Source: Candidatus Woesearchaeota archaeon
Lineage (GTDB): Archaea; Nanobdellota; Nanobdellia; Woesearchaeales; GW2011-AR4
Reading direction: 5' to 3'
DNA length: 64,000 nucleotides
NCBI GenBank assembly: GCA_016185755.1
Contig: JACPMX010000016.1
Span: forward strand, 985-64,984
This document shows, piece after piece, positions 44,619 through 54,142 of the stretch (positions are counted from its first letter, which is position 1; every line of letters starts with the position of its first letter). The notes beneath the pieces are model-generated. The model worked only from the letters and a program-made list of their open reading frames with translations. It had not been told where the DNA came from and ran no database searches. The translations under genes and the position numbers were made by a program.

Positions 44619-46071
44619 GCGAATAAATCTCGGTTTTTGAATCCTGGTTCCTGTAAACAAGGCTTTTTTTCCTTATAGAGCCGAGAACGCCTTCAGGAGT
44701 CTTCGCCCTCAGCCTGTCAACAGCGAAATCCTGGTTTACAAATGCATACCTGGCTTTTCCGATATTTTCCTGCTTTGGCCACACCTGAAGCCTGCCAAGA
44801 TAGAATGACATGCACTGGCCGCCTGCCATGATCAGGTCGCTTTCCTGCGTGTTTGCCTTTACCCATTCAAAATCTTGCTGGTAAAAATCCCAGCTCTGCC
44901 TTGCCAGCCTGAATTTAAATGCCTCTGTGCCGATGAAGCCTGCAGATATTATGATTAAGAGAATAAAAAATATTTTTCCTGCTGGCTTGCCTGCAATCCT
45001 GCCCATGCCGATGCCGTAAAAAAATGCAAGCGCAAGGAATGACGGCATGAGCATTCTTGATACAAATGCCCCTACATTTGAGACGTAAAGGAAGAAAAGC
45101 GGGACAAAAGAAGCCAGCAATACATACCATATCATGCGGCTTTTGCCTTTCCCGAGGCCGAAGAACAGCGGAATGAGGAAAATTATTGTCGCCATGATGT
45201 AAATGCCCAGCAATAATGCAAAGTTTGGCAAATTTGCAAAGAAAAGCGCATTGTAGTTCCCGTCAGGAACGCCAAAAAAGCCAAGGTAAAGCGCAAGGTA
45301 GGTTCCTTTCGAGATTATGTTTTCAGCTGCAAAGTCAAGGTAGGAATGCATTTCCATTCCATGGAAAATGTTGTTCATGAAAGGCCATATGGGGTTTCCC
45401 ATGCTGAGCCAGTTCCTTAAAAGCCATGGTGAAGCTATTATCCCCGGCATTATGGCAACAAAAAACAGATTTTTCAGCAGCCCATTTTTTCCGCTTTTTT
45501 TCCATGCAATGTAAGCCAATACGGGAATGAGGAAAATGCCGTTGTTCTTTGTCAGCATTGCAAGCCCAGTTGCCGCTCCTGCAAGAAAAAACCTTTTTTC
45601 CAGTGCAAGGTAAATGCCTGCTGCAAAGAGGAATGTAAGGACAGATTCAACGTAGCCAAGCACGTTGTAGTCTATGTACAGCGGAATGAACGAAAGAAAG
45701 AATATCGCATAAAATGACTGTTTCTCATCGAGCATCTTGCGGAAAAGGAAATATGCAACTATCAAAGTGAGGCTTCCGAACAATGGCGACACCAGCTTCA
45801 ATCCAGTCTCTCCAAATACAAGATAAAAAGCAGCTGCGATGAAATGGAACAACGGGGGAGGCCAGAACGGCTCGTCCCTCCCGACCCCGTCAAAAAGCGG
45901 GATTTCCAGATTTTCTGCCATGAACCTTGCCGCAGACAGGTGCCAGCACGCGTCTCCTGAAACAGCGTAAACAGAAGTTAATGCAAACCTCAGGATTATT
46001 GCTATAACTATTGTTATTAAAGCGTATTTTTCGTATTTACTGATAGTTTTTAATCTTGAAATTAGTTTCAT
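44608..46071 (-). CDS. GT-C fold polytopic membrane glycosyltransferase (PMT_2/ArnT-like)
   Basis: 487 aa with more than 10 TM helices. Last gene of a minus-strand string with GT9, Dpm1-like GT2 and GT4. Confidence 0.5.
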   Translation of the reverse strand: MKLISRLKTISKYEKYALITIVIAIILRFALTSVYAVSGDACWHLSAARFMAENLEIPLFDGVGRDEPFWPPPLFHFIAAAFYLVFGETGLKLVSPLFGSLTLIVAYFLFRKMLDEKQSFYAIFFLSFIPLYIDYNVLGYVESVLTFLFAAGIYLALEKRFFLAGAATGLAMLTKNNGIFLIPVLAYIAWKKSGKNGLLKNLFFVAIMPGIIASPWLLRNWLSMGNPIWPFMNNIFHGMEMHSYLDFAAENIISKGTYLALYLGFFGVPDGNYNALFFANLPNFALLLGIYIMATIIFLIPLFFGLGKGKSRMIWYVLLASFVPLFFLYVSNVGAFVSRMLMPSFLALAFFYGIGMGRIAGKPAGKIFFILLIIISAGFIGTEAFKFRLARQSWDFYQQDFEWVKANTQESDLIMAGGQCMSFYLGRLQVWPKQENIGKARYAFVNQDFAVDRLRAKTPEGVLGSIRKKSLVYRNQDSKTEIYSLRD

Positions 46072-47081
46072 TTTTTGAGCAGGCTTATTACCGCATTTGA
46101 GAATGCTTCAACATCATTCTTTTTCACCAAAATCCCGCTCTTCACGATTTCCGGGTGCGAGCCTATTGCAAAAGCAACAACTTTCCTGCCGCAGGCCTGG
46201 GCTTCTGCAGCCGGAAGGTTGAAGCCTTCCCACAGTGAAGCTGTAACGTACAGGTCGCATGCAGCATAGTAATAAGGCAGCTCCCTGTCTTCTATAAACT
46301 CCCTGAAAATGACATTCTTGTTTGCATGGCTTTTCAGCTCATTGTAATACCTTTTGAAAGTTGGCTTGCCTGCAACCAGCAGTTTAGCGTTTGGCAGCTT
46401 GCCATTTACAATATCAAAAATTTTCAGGAGAGTATGGACGTTTTTATGGGGAGAAATCCTTCCAATAAAGAACAATAATTTTTCATTGGCTTTTATTCCC
46501 AATTTTTTTCTTATTTTTGCCCCGTCAATGCCTTTTTTGTACCTGCTGTCAAGCTTATTGTATTTAACCTCGCTTTCAATCCCAGTTTCCCTTTTCAGCT
46601 CGTCCCTCAAAAATTTGCTTACGGAGAATGCAGAGTCTACATTGCTTATTGACATCTTATTGAAGCAGGCAAATAAGCTCATGTACAATCTTTCAAACAT
46701 ATTTGTGAACAATTCGCTGTAGCCTATGCCGTGGTTATGGTAAATGTACTTCACTCCAAACTTTTTTTTGGCACTTGAGGCAATTAGGTTCATTGGGTAA
46801 AAATGGGATATAATAATATCAAAATCTTTCAGCTTATTGACAGCTTTGCTGAATTTTATAAAATCCAAAAAGAAAAACAGCCTGTACAATCTCTGCAAAA
46901 ACAGGCTTTTTGGCATCCCTATGACTTCAAGCTTAAACCTCCTAGGCTTCAAGTCCGCTTCCAAGGCAAATACTGTAACTTTGTTTCCCTTCCTTGAATG
47001 ATCCATTGCCTGCTGCTCCACAACCCTGTCTATGCCGCTGTAATGCGAGAATGTAGGCGTAAGAATTGCTATTTTCATCAA
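46068..47081 (-). CDS. GT4-family (GT-B) glycosyltransferase
   Basis: C-terminal FIGRISPHKN...ASLWEGFNLPAAEAQACGRKVVAF (E-X7-E region). Confidence 0.75.
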   Translation of the reverse strand: MMKIAILTPTFSHYSGIDRVVEQQAMDHSRKGNKVTVFALEADLKPRRFKLEVIGMPKSLFLQRLYRLFFFLDFIKFSKAVNKLKDFDIIISHFYPMNLIASSAKKKFGVKYIYHNHGIGYSELFTNMFERLYMSLFACFNKMSISNVDSAFSVSKFLRDELKRETGIESEVKYNKLDSRYKKGIDGAKIRKKLGIKANEKLLFFIGRISPHKNVHTLLKIFDIVNGKLPNAKLLVAGKPTFKRYYNELKSHANKNVIFREFIEDRELPYYYAACDLYVTASLWEGFNLPAAEAQACGRKVVAFAIGSHPEIVKSGILVKKNDVEAFSNAVISLLKK

Positions 47082-47794
47082 ATCCCACCAACCACTTTCA
47101 AAATTTTCAGCTTCAAAACCATGAAATACCCTGACACAAGCTGGGGAATCCCGAGCTTTGAACGGCCTTTTGTCCTGTTTACGAAGGTTATGGGTATTTC
47201 CTTTATCCTGAATCCCTTCAAATGCGCCTTGAAAAGCACTTCCTGGACTATTGAGGGGCCTTTTGACTGGAGCTTTTCAGGCTTTATAGATTCCAGAACT
47301 TTCCTTTTGAAGCACCTGAAGCCGGAATTGCAGTCCATGACTTTCAGCCCAAGAACAGCCCTTATGTAAAGGTTTGCGCCAAATGTAACAAGCCTCCTGA
47401 ATGCGCTTCTTCCAATCTCATCGCCTCCCCGGACCCTTCTTGAGCCAAGGATTAAATCAGCGTTTTTCAATTCATTAAGCATGATGGGAATATATTTAGG
47501 GTCATGCGACATGTCGGCATCCATCTCGACAACAGCATCAGCCCCGTGCTTCAGGCAGTATATGAAGCCGTCTTTTCCTGCAGAGCCCCTTCCCTTGTCC
47601 TTTTTCCTGAGCAATAGATGGACATTTCTGTTTTTTTTTGAAATTGCCTCAACAATTTTTGAAGTGCCATCCGGGCTGCTGTCATCGGCAACAACAACAT
47701 GGAGATTTTTTATTTTCAGCTTCAGTATTTTATCTATCAAATTGCCTATGTTCTCGCTTTCATTGTAGGTTGGAATCATTACAAAGGTTTTCAT
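47078..47794 (-). CDS. Dolichyl/polyprenyl-phosphate mannose (hexose) synthase-like GT2
   Basis: FVMIPTYNESENI...VVVADDSSPDGT...VVEMDADMSHDP is a close match to Dpm1/GtrB-type enzymes. Confidence 0.8.
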   Translation of the reverse strand: MKTFVMIPTYNESENIGNLIDKILKLKIKNLHVVVADDSSPDGTSKIVEAISKKNRNVHLLLRKKDKGRGSAGKDGFIYCLKHGADAVVEMDADMSHDPKYIPIMLNELKNADLILGSRRVRGGDEIGRSAFRRLVTFGANLYIRAVLGLKVMDCNSGFRCFKRKVLESIKPEKLQSKGPSIVQEVLFKAHLKGFRIKEIPITFVNRTKGRSKLGIPQLVSGYFMVLKLKILKVVGGI

Positions 47795-48801
47795 TTTTTA
47801 ATCAGCTTCTTGACAGCCTTGACAAACTCATCAACATCCCATTCTGGAGGATAGTCGCATTTGGGCTTGTACGAGCAATAGTCTTTTCCTTTCCCCATGA
47901 TTTTTATTCCCCTGCCGTATAATTCAATTTCTGCACTGCTAGTTGGATAGAAAAAAGCCGCAACTTTCTTCTTCAATGCAACCCCGATGTGCAATGCAAG
48001 GCTGTCGCTTGTTACCAGAACATCGCACAAATTAACGAGAGAGACAAACTCCATCAGGGAATTGCTGCAGCCAGCGTCTATAACTCCTGTTCCGGCAAGC
48101 TTCTTTATTTTTTTATTTCTTTCCATCTCTTCAGGCCCGCCGAACAAAATTGGCCTTGCGTTTTTTATCTGCATGTTTAACTTATCAATCAGCTCCGCTG
48201 TTTTTTCAATGCTTAATTTCTTGTCTTCCCACCTGCCTCCAGCCCCTGTATTGATCCCTATGGCAAAATCTGATTTTCTAATGCCGTGCTTTTTGGCAAA
48301 CCTGCCTCCAAAATCCAGCTCTTTCCTGCCTAAAGCCAGCATCGGCTCCTGCTTCAGGTATTTTAGCCCGAGAATCCTGTACATTATTTCAGGATAGGTT
48401 TTTTTGTTTTTTGCCTTCAGCAAATCCGCTTTCCGCTTTCCAAGCCTTGAAATCAGGCCCATGTCAAACCAAGGCGAAGAATTGTCTGTATACATTCTTT
48501 TGCCGTTTTTCAGACATGAGCCTATAATCTTTTTGGATGGCATACTTGATGCCAGCTCGCAGGCCTCATAGTCATCGTCCAGGCTTATGAGAATGTCGTA
48601 TTTCTTATGCCTCAGCTTTTCAGCATCTTCAATCAAGTAGATTTTGCCTATCAAGCCATTGTTTTTCAGGAAGCCGGCAGAGCCCTTTTTCGTGGCCCAG
48701 TCTATCCTGCAGCCCCCGTATTTTTCCTTAAGGCCAGGAAGCACAGCGGTTGTCCTGATTACATCGCCCAATGCGCCGAGCTTGATTATGAGTATTTTCA
48801 T
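47791..48801 (-). CDS. GT9-family glycosyltransferase (ADP-heptose:LPS heptosyltransferase fold)
   Basis: MKILIIKLGALGDVIRTTAVLPGLK is the classic GT9 N-terminus, with C-terminal GGPEE...SDSLALHIG. ATG 48801 is preferred over the TTG at 48846. Confidence 0.7.
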   Translation of the reverse strand: MKILIIKLGALGDVIRTTAVLPGLKEKYGGCRIDWATKKGSAGFLKNNGLIGKIYLIEDAEKLRHKKYDILISLDDDYEACELASSMPSKKIIGSCLKNGKRMYTDNSSPWFDMGLISRLGKRKADLLKAKNKKTYPEIMYRILGLKYLKQEPMLALGRKELDFGGRFAKKHGIRKSDFAIGINTGAGGRWEDKKLSIEKTAELIDKLNMQIKNARPILFGGPEEMERNKKIKKLAGTGVIDAGCSNSLMEFVSLVNLCDVLVTSDSLALHIGVALKKKVAAFFYPTSSAEIELYGRGIKIMGKGKDYCSYKPKCDYPPEWDVDEFVKAVKKLIKK

Positions 48802-48882
48802 CAGCAGCAATAAACCTGAGCCTATTTTAAAGCTTTTCTTTACCAAAAATATTTATAAAGCCGGCTTCCTGACTATAGCCTG

Positions 48883-50496
48883 ATGAAATTAAACAAGAAC
48901 TACATCCAGACTTCCATATTCATAGCCCTATACCTTTTCGCCATTTATTTCTGGACGCAGCCGCTGCAGGAAAGAAAGCTGCCTTACGGGGAATATGACG
49001 CAATGTCCCATTTTGAAGTTGCCGATTACATGGCATACAATGACAGATCCTTCATGAAATTGCCTGACTACATCGACTTGAGGTACGGCCTCGACAACAA
49101 ATACAAGCCCCATACACTGTGGTATCCTCCCCCATTCCATGCATCGCTTGGGGTGGCTGAGACGATCGGTGGGGAAAGAATAGTGCCTGTATTTTTGCTC
49201 AACACTGTCATGTCAACATTCATCATGATAAGCGTTTATTTTGTAATAAATTCATTGTTCGGGTTTTTGCCGGCCATCCTGTCATCGCTGCTGCTGGTTT
49301 TTTCACCAAGGGACTTCATGCCATATTTATGGGGGCAGTGGCCGGAAAGGTTTGCTTATGCACTTGTCCCGATAATCCTGTACTGCTTTTACATGTATTT
49401 CACCAGCTTTTCAAAAGAAGACAAGAAGCCAATTTACCTTTACATGGCTGCACTGTTCCTGGGAATAAACATATTAATCCATCCTCTTGTGTTTTTCCAT
49501 TCAGCTGCAGGACTGGCTTTGCTTTACATTTTCCTGTCCATAAAGCAGAAAAAGCTTGTTTTTGAGTGGAAGCATATTGCTGTTTCTGCAATGATTTTTC
49601 TGGCATTGTTTTTGCTCTTTCCATACCAGACATTCAACATATTCCCGAAATTCACAGGAAGCGAAGAAACTGGGGAAGCAAACCCTTTTGACCTGTCAAG
49701 GCTGTTCCAGTGGTCATTAAACCCGGCAGATTATGCAGGAAGCGTGCCTCCAAGTTATTTTTCATTCAGGGATATGCACGGCCTCTGGACTTTGCCGCTT
49801 TTGCTGGCCGGCATACTGTTTTTGGCTTGGAGAAGAGAGGAAAGAGACCTGCTTTTGATGGCATGGCTTGCAAGCCTTTACATTGTGCTGCACAGGGATT
49901 TGATAGGGCAGGCATCATTTTTGCACAGGTCATTGTCAGCCTCTGCCCATATATTCGCCCCATTGGCTGCGATTGGCGCAGTTTACCTTGCTTCAATCAT
50001 AAAGCTGCCTTCAAATTTAAACAAGTACCTGAAATACGGCATCGCAGCTGCTTTTGTTTTTCTTGTTATTTCGGTAAACATGGCATACGCGTCAAAATTG
50101 CTGAACAAGGACACTTACAATGATTTTTTCGGCACTTTGAACAGGGAGGAGTTTGAAGCGGCAGAATGGATTTTGCAAAATGTGCCCAGCTCTGCAAATG
50201 TGACTGTACTTGGAATTCCTCATGAGCCTGACAAAGTATTGTCTGTAACTTCCAAAAAAATAAGATGGCTTGCAGCTGCATCGCAGCATGTTTCAAGGTT
50301 TTACTATCTAAGGGAAGACCAGGAGCAGATTTTGAAATCAAAAGACTGGTACATAATGATTGACTACACAATGCTCGGCCCCCTAAATGACAGGCAGACT
50401 TTTGAAAAAATGCAGAAGTTTGAAAAAGAGTCTTTAATTAAACATAAGTTAGTTTATGACAAAAACAGCATAAAGGTGTATAATCTTGAAGATTAG
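48883..50496 (+). CDS. GT-C-like polytopic membrane protein with C-terminal extracytoplasmic domain (paralog of 1..1053 and 52501..54141)
   Basis: 537 aa. The N-terminal loop PYGEYDAMSHFEVADY (compare PYGYFASDAFQHQTRVEW in 52501..54141), about 11 TM helices, and C-terminal WILQNVPSSANVTVLG...YIMIDY. Confidence 0.45.
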   Translation: MKLNKNYIQTSIFIALYLFAIYFWTQPLQERKLPYGEYDAMSHFEVADYMAYNDRSFMKLPDYIDLRYGLDNKYKPHTLWYPPPFHASLGVAETIGGERIVPVFLLNTVMSTFIMISVYFVINSLFGFLPAILSSLLLVFSPRDFMPYLWGQWPERFAYALVPIILYCFYMYFTSFSKEDKKPIYLYMAALFLGINILIHPLVFFHSAAGLALLYIFLSIKQKKLVFEWKHIAVSAMIFLALFLLFPYQTFNIFPKFTGSEETGEANPFDLSRLFQWSLNPADYAGSVPPSYFSFRDMHGLWTLPLLLAGILFLAWRREERDLLLMAWLASLYIVLHRDLIGQASFLHRSLSASAHIFAPLAAIGAVYLASIIKLPSNLNKYLKYGIAAAFVFLVISVNMAYASKLLNKDTYNDFFGTLNREEFEAAEWILQNVPSSANVTVLGIPHEPDKVLSVTSKKIRWLAAASQHVSRFYYLREDQEQILKSKDWYIMIDYTMLGPLNDRQTFEKMQKFEKESLIKHKLVYDKNSIKVYNLED

Positions 50497-50836
50497 CAAC
50501 GGGCAAAAGGAAATTGCAGCATTCTCTTCCATTATCCTATTGGCATGCCTTATTTTCTCATTTGTGCTTTTTGGCATTGCAGGCGTAAGGGTTGTTTTTG
50601 GGATAGTGCTTGTGTCATTGCCATTTTACCTTATTTTAAACAATTTCGAGTTTAACGAATCAGAAAAATTTGTATTTTCAATCCTGCTGGGGCTTACAGT
50701 ATTCCCCTTGCTTGCCTATCTGCTGGGATTCATCACAAGCTTCAAATGGGCAATAGCAATAACTTTTGTTCTGTTGATGGCTGCAGCATTCATGCCGAAG
50801 ATGAAGAAATTAATTATTTCTTATGGGAAAGTATAA
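50486..50836 (+). CDS. Small 3-4 TM membrane protein (paralog of 52164..52520), coupled to the upstream GT-C-like gene
   Basis: TTG start overlapping the stop of 48883..50496. Hydrophobic segments; the C-terminal half resembles that of 52164..52520 (GLTVFPLLAYLLGF / GIAVSLAVAGIASYYLGVFG). Confidence 0.4.
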   Translation: MKISNGQKEIAAFSSIILLACLIFSFVLFGIAGVRVVFGIVLVSLPFYLILNNFEFNESEKFVFSILLGLTVFPLLAYLLGFITSFKWAIAITFVLLMAAAFMPKMKKLIISYGKV

Positions 50837-50988
50837 ATACTAGCTTTAACAGGAAATTTTTGGGGGTGTAAAATTTGCTTTTAAGAATAGGTGTTAGCCT
50901 GTTTTATTGTACGTAAAGTTCTTTTTTCCAAATAGCATATTCTCCGTCAGAAAAACTTTTATAATTTCTGAAACTTTGAGGTGATTTT

Positions 50989-51228
50989 ATGTACTCTGTA
51001 AGGCAAATCATAAAGGAAAACTGGAAATCTTATCTTAAAACACATAGCCCTACAGCCCATCAAAAAGAAGAAATTCAGAAGATGATTGACTGCTCAAAGA
51101 ATAGCTGCAACAGCAGGATATGCAGCTCCTGCGGGAAAAGATATGCTGACGATTGGGCAAACAATCTTGTAAACGCCTATGCCCGCTTCCATGCAAGGCA
51201 TGTGGTTTTGACAACCCCTTCTTTCTAA
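50989..51228 (+). pseudogene. Truncated IS91-family transposase (N-terminal zinc-binding domain fragment only)
   Basis: SCNSRICSSCGKRYADDWANNL...HARHVVLTTPSF parallels IS91 TnpA SCRNRHCPRCQGLRRAQWL...YFHVVFTLP. The ORF stops after 79 aa where full-length TnpA is about 400 aa. Confidence 0.5.
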
Positions 51229-51388
51229 GGCCTGTTTTAAGGAATCTTGGCATCTTAATGAGTTCTTCAAAGGATTTGGCTCGGTAGGGTGTAGTGAAAT
51301 CTCGGCTTGGCAGGCTTTTTTTAATAGAAAAGTTTAAATACAAGATTAATCTTATTTGTCTTATTAACAAGATAAGTGGAGGTCAAAA

Positions 51389-51649
51389 ATGGGAACAATA
51401 ATTGAAATGGGAAAAATTAGTTCAAGGGGACAGATTGCAATCCCTGCGGATATAAGGGAACAATTAGGTTTAGATGAAGGGACAAAAGTCTTGTTCTTTA
51501 CCGAACAGGATACTTTGATGATGAAAAAGGTAACAGAACAAAGCTTTGCTCAGATAACAAAGCCTTTAAAATTAGCAGCAAAACAGGCTGGCTTAAAAGA
51601 AGAAGATGTTCCAAATATTGTCCAAAGGTTTAGGAAGAAGAAAAGATGA
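51389..51649 (+). CDS. AbrB/SpoVT/MazE-type antitoxin
   Basis: ISSRGQIAIPADIREQLGLDEGTKV is a swapped-hairpin AbrB-like domain. GGAGGT SD-like sequence upstream. Overlaps the PIN gene by 4 nt. Confidence 0.7.
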   Translation: MGTIIEMGKISSRGQIAIPADIREQLGLDEGTKVLFFTEQDTLMMKKVTEQSFAQITKPLKLAAKQAGLKEEDVPNIVQRFRKKKR

Positions 51650-52062
51650 AAATAACCGTAGATACAAATATTCTAGTCTCAGCTACATTTTGGAATGGAG
51701 CTTCTGATAAAATAATTTCCAAAGTCGAAGCAAAAGAAATAGAATTAGTGTTATCTGCAGAAATTCTAAATGAGTATGCTGGAGTTTTGGAATATGATGA
51801 AATCAAGAGCAAAATAAAAGACAAGAATTTGGAAACTAAAAGAACTATAAGCAAGATTATAGCCATATCATCCATTATCGAGCCAAAGATTAGACTAAGT
51901 GTAATAAAAGATGACCCAGATGATGATAGAATATTAGAATGCGCAATTGCGGGAAGAGTAGATTATATTGTAAGCAGTAATAATCACTTACTGAAGTTGA
52001 AAACTTATGAAGGTATACAAATAGTAACTCCGCAAGAATTCTTAGACAAATTATCTAAGTAG
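51646..52062 (+). CDS. PIN-domain toxin (VapC-like)
   Basis: MKITVDTNILVSA...DDPDDDRILECAIAGRVDYIVSSNNHLL contains the conserved acidic PIN residues (D6, E/D cluster). Confidence 0.75.
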   Translation: MKITVDTNILVSATFWNGASDKIISKVEAKEIELVLSAEILNEYAGVLEYDEIKSKIKDKNLETKRTISKIIAISSIIEPKIRLSVIKDDPDDDRILECAIAGRVDYIVSSNNHLLKLKTYEGIQIVTPQEFLDKLSK

Positions 52063-52163
52063 CCAAATCGAATATATGACGGCTTTGCAAATATTATACA
52101 AATAAAAACACCATCTAATAACTAACAGCGAATAATAAAAAAGGAATTTAACATTACTCAGGC

Positions 52164-52520
52164 CTATTTCCTCAAATTAATAATTGCCCCCATTAAAATC
52201 AAAATCAACGGCAGTATTACAATATGGTGCTTTATGTCCAGCCCAAAAACCCCAAGGTAATAGCTTGCTATGCCTGCAACAGCCAGCGAAACTGCGATGC
52301 CAATCACAAATCTCTCGGCAAAATCAAGCTTTTCATGCCAGTAAAGCGTCAGGAAATAGCCCGGCAATGCGAACAGCCAGAATAAGGCCAAAACAGCCCT
52401 TGCAGCGGAAATAAAACCCCCCCTGTAAAACATTATCCAGAAAATAACTATAAATAATACTAAAAGCGCCGCTATATTCAGCAGTTCCTTTTTCATCCTA
52501 TCAAAAATTTCTTTCTTCAA
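52164..52520 (-). CDS. Small 3-4 TM membrane protein (paralog of 50486..50836), downstream of a GT-C-like gene
   Basis: 118 aa, hydrophobic. Overlaps the end of 52501..54141 by 20 nt (translational coupling). Confidence 0.4.
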   Translation of the reverse strand: MKKEIFDRMKKELLNIAALLVLFIVIFWIMFYRGGFISAARAVLALFWLFALPGYFLTLYWHEKLDFAERFVIGIAVSLAVAGIASYYLGVFGLDIKHHIVILPLILILMGAIINLRK

Positions 52521-54141
52521 TGCAATCCTCCCCCGGATTTTTGTTTTTCAATATGACTACCAGCTGGTTTTCAAAAACAGGGCTTATAAAATTCTTCTTG
52601 AGCAGCTCGTTTGCCAATAATAAGTTGTACTGGGCAAAAGCCTGCTGCCCTGAAGTTTTGTCAAAAACAAGATAATCAAAACTGCAGATATCCTTTTTTC
52701 CTGACAAATCATTCCTGATGTCATCTGCTGCAAAATGGAATGAAAAGAACGATGGCCTCTGGACCGCACCCCCGCCACCATCCCCAGGCATCTCAGTCTC
52801 GTAAAACCTTCTTAACTCTCTTTTGCTTATGGCATCGGCATAATCTTCAGGCACAATAAGCCCATGCAGCCTTTTTGCATTTCTCAGCACGGCATCCTGG
52901 CCGTACATGTCGCCATAAAAAAAGTATACCCTGGCGCTGTTATCAGTGCTTTTGCCGAGCCATTGAAAAGCCTGCCAATGAAAATTGTCCATAATCCCCT
53001 GGGCTGTCATTTTTTTGTAGCCTGGGATGAATGCAAAAGAGGCTGTTGTTAAAACTATAATAAGCGCAACAGAGGCTATAACAGAGTGCAGGATTTTCCA
53101 GTTTCTATATAATGTATTGGCAATATAAAAAATCCCCAATCCTAAAAGAAACGAAAGGTAAACCGGCCAGAAAAATCTCAGCTGGAAAGCTCTTGTGTCA
53201 AAGCCGATATAGTTGGTGTAGCTGAACAGCAGCATTGACGCTGCAATCACAAACGGAAGCATGTCTTTTTTCCTAAGCCAGGTAAGGGACACTATAATCC
53301 CTGCTGCAAAAAATACCAGCAGCAACCCAAAATCGCCGAAAAACATCAATGGAGCATCCCATGCCCTTTTTATGGAAAGCTCGAAAGGCTGCCTGACTGC
53401 CCACACAAGCTTGAATATAACAAGGAAATTGAACGTCGCAACGACAGTTATTATCGAGCCGTACACTGCATTTTTTATAATTCCAAGGCTGAATTCTTTC
53501 CGCAGCAGCTTATAAGCGAGAAATATGGCAAAGAACATTGCCGCGAAAATGGCCTCGGCAGTATGCGTCAGGATTATTGCGCTCAGGAACACGGCAAAGA
53601 AGATGAATGAATGTTTAAGGTCAATGTTTGCCGCATACCAGAAAAATGCAACAAGGAAGAACTGGGACAATAAGGATGGCCAGTGTCCCCAAGTAAAGCC
53701 TGTATAAATGCCGTTGTAGAACAAGAGCACAGCCAAAGGCATGGATAAAATTGCGACATTTTTGCTGAAGTTCCTGATTATGAAGTACATCACAATGGCT
53801 GCAATAGCAGCTGCAAAGAAAACCATGAACTGCAGAGTGTCGTATGTTTCAAGCCCGCTTGCGTATGACAGCAGCACGCTTAAATGGTATATGACCGGCG
53901 GATAATAGCCTATGACATCCCTGATGCCAAATACTATGTAAGGAGCCTCGTTTCTATAGTTTCCTTCATCCTTTATCCACTCGACCCTTGTCTGGTGCTG
54001 GAAAGCGTCAGAGGCAAAATATCCATAAGGAAAGTCATGGCCCAGGCTGTGGTCCACAAGATTGGCATAGCCCAGAAATAGCAATAGGGAAAATACAGAG
54101 ATTAGGTAGATGTTTTCAAGGTCCAACTTTAAGTTTAGCAT
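52501..54141 (-). CDS. GT-C-like polytopic membrane protein with C-terminal extracytoplasmic domain (paralog of 48883..50496)
   Basis: 546 aa, more than 10 TM helices. C-terminal QAFQWLGKSTDNSARVYFFYGD...SFDYLVFD parallels the C-terminal domains of the two paralogs. Confidence 0.45.
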   Translation of the reverse strand: MLNLKLDLENIYLISVFSLLLFLGYANLVDHSLGHDFPYGYFASDAFQHQTRVEWIKDEGNYRNEAPYIVFGIRDVIGYYPPVIYHLSVLLSYASGLETYDTLQFMVFFAAAIAAIVMYFIIRNFSKNVAILSMPLAVLLFYNGIYTGFTWGHWPSLLSQFFLVAFFWYAANIDLKHSFIFFAVFLSAIILTHTAEAIFAAMFFAIFLAYKLLRKEFSLGIIKNAVYGSIITVVATFNFLVIFKLVWAVRQPFELSIKRAWDAPLMFFGDFGLLLVFFAAGIIVSLTWLRKKDMLPFVIAASMLLFSYTNYIGFDTRAFQLRFFWPVYLSFLLGLGIFYIANTLYRNWKILHSVIASVALIIVLTTASFAFIPGYKKMTAQGIMDNFHWQAFQWLGKSTDNSARVYFFYGDMYGQDAVLRNAKRLHGLIVPEDYADAISKRELRRFYETEMPGDGGGGAVQRPSFFSFHFAADDIRNDLSGKKDICSFDYLVFDKTSGQQAFAQYNLLLANELLKKNFISPVFENQLVVILKNKNPGEDCIEERNF

Positions 54142-54142
54142 T

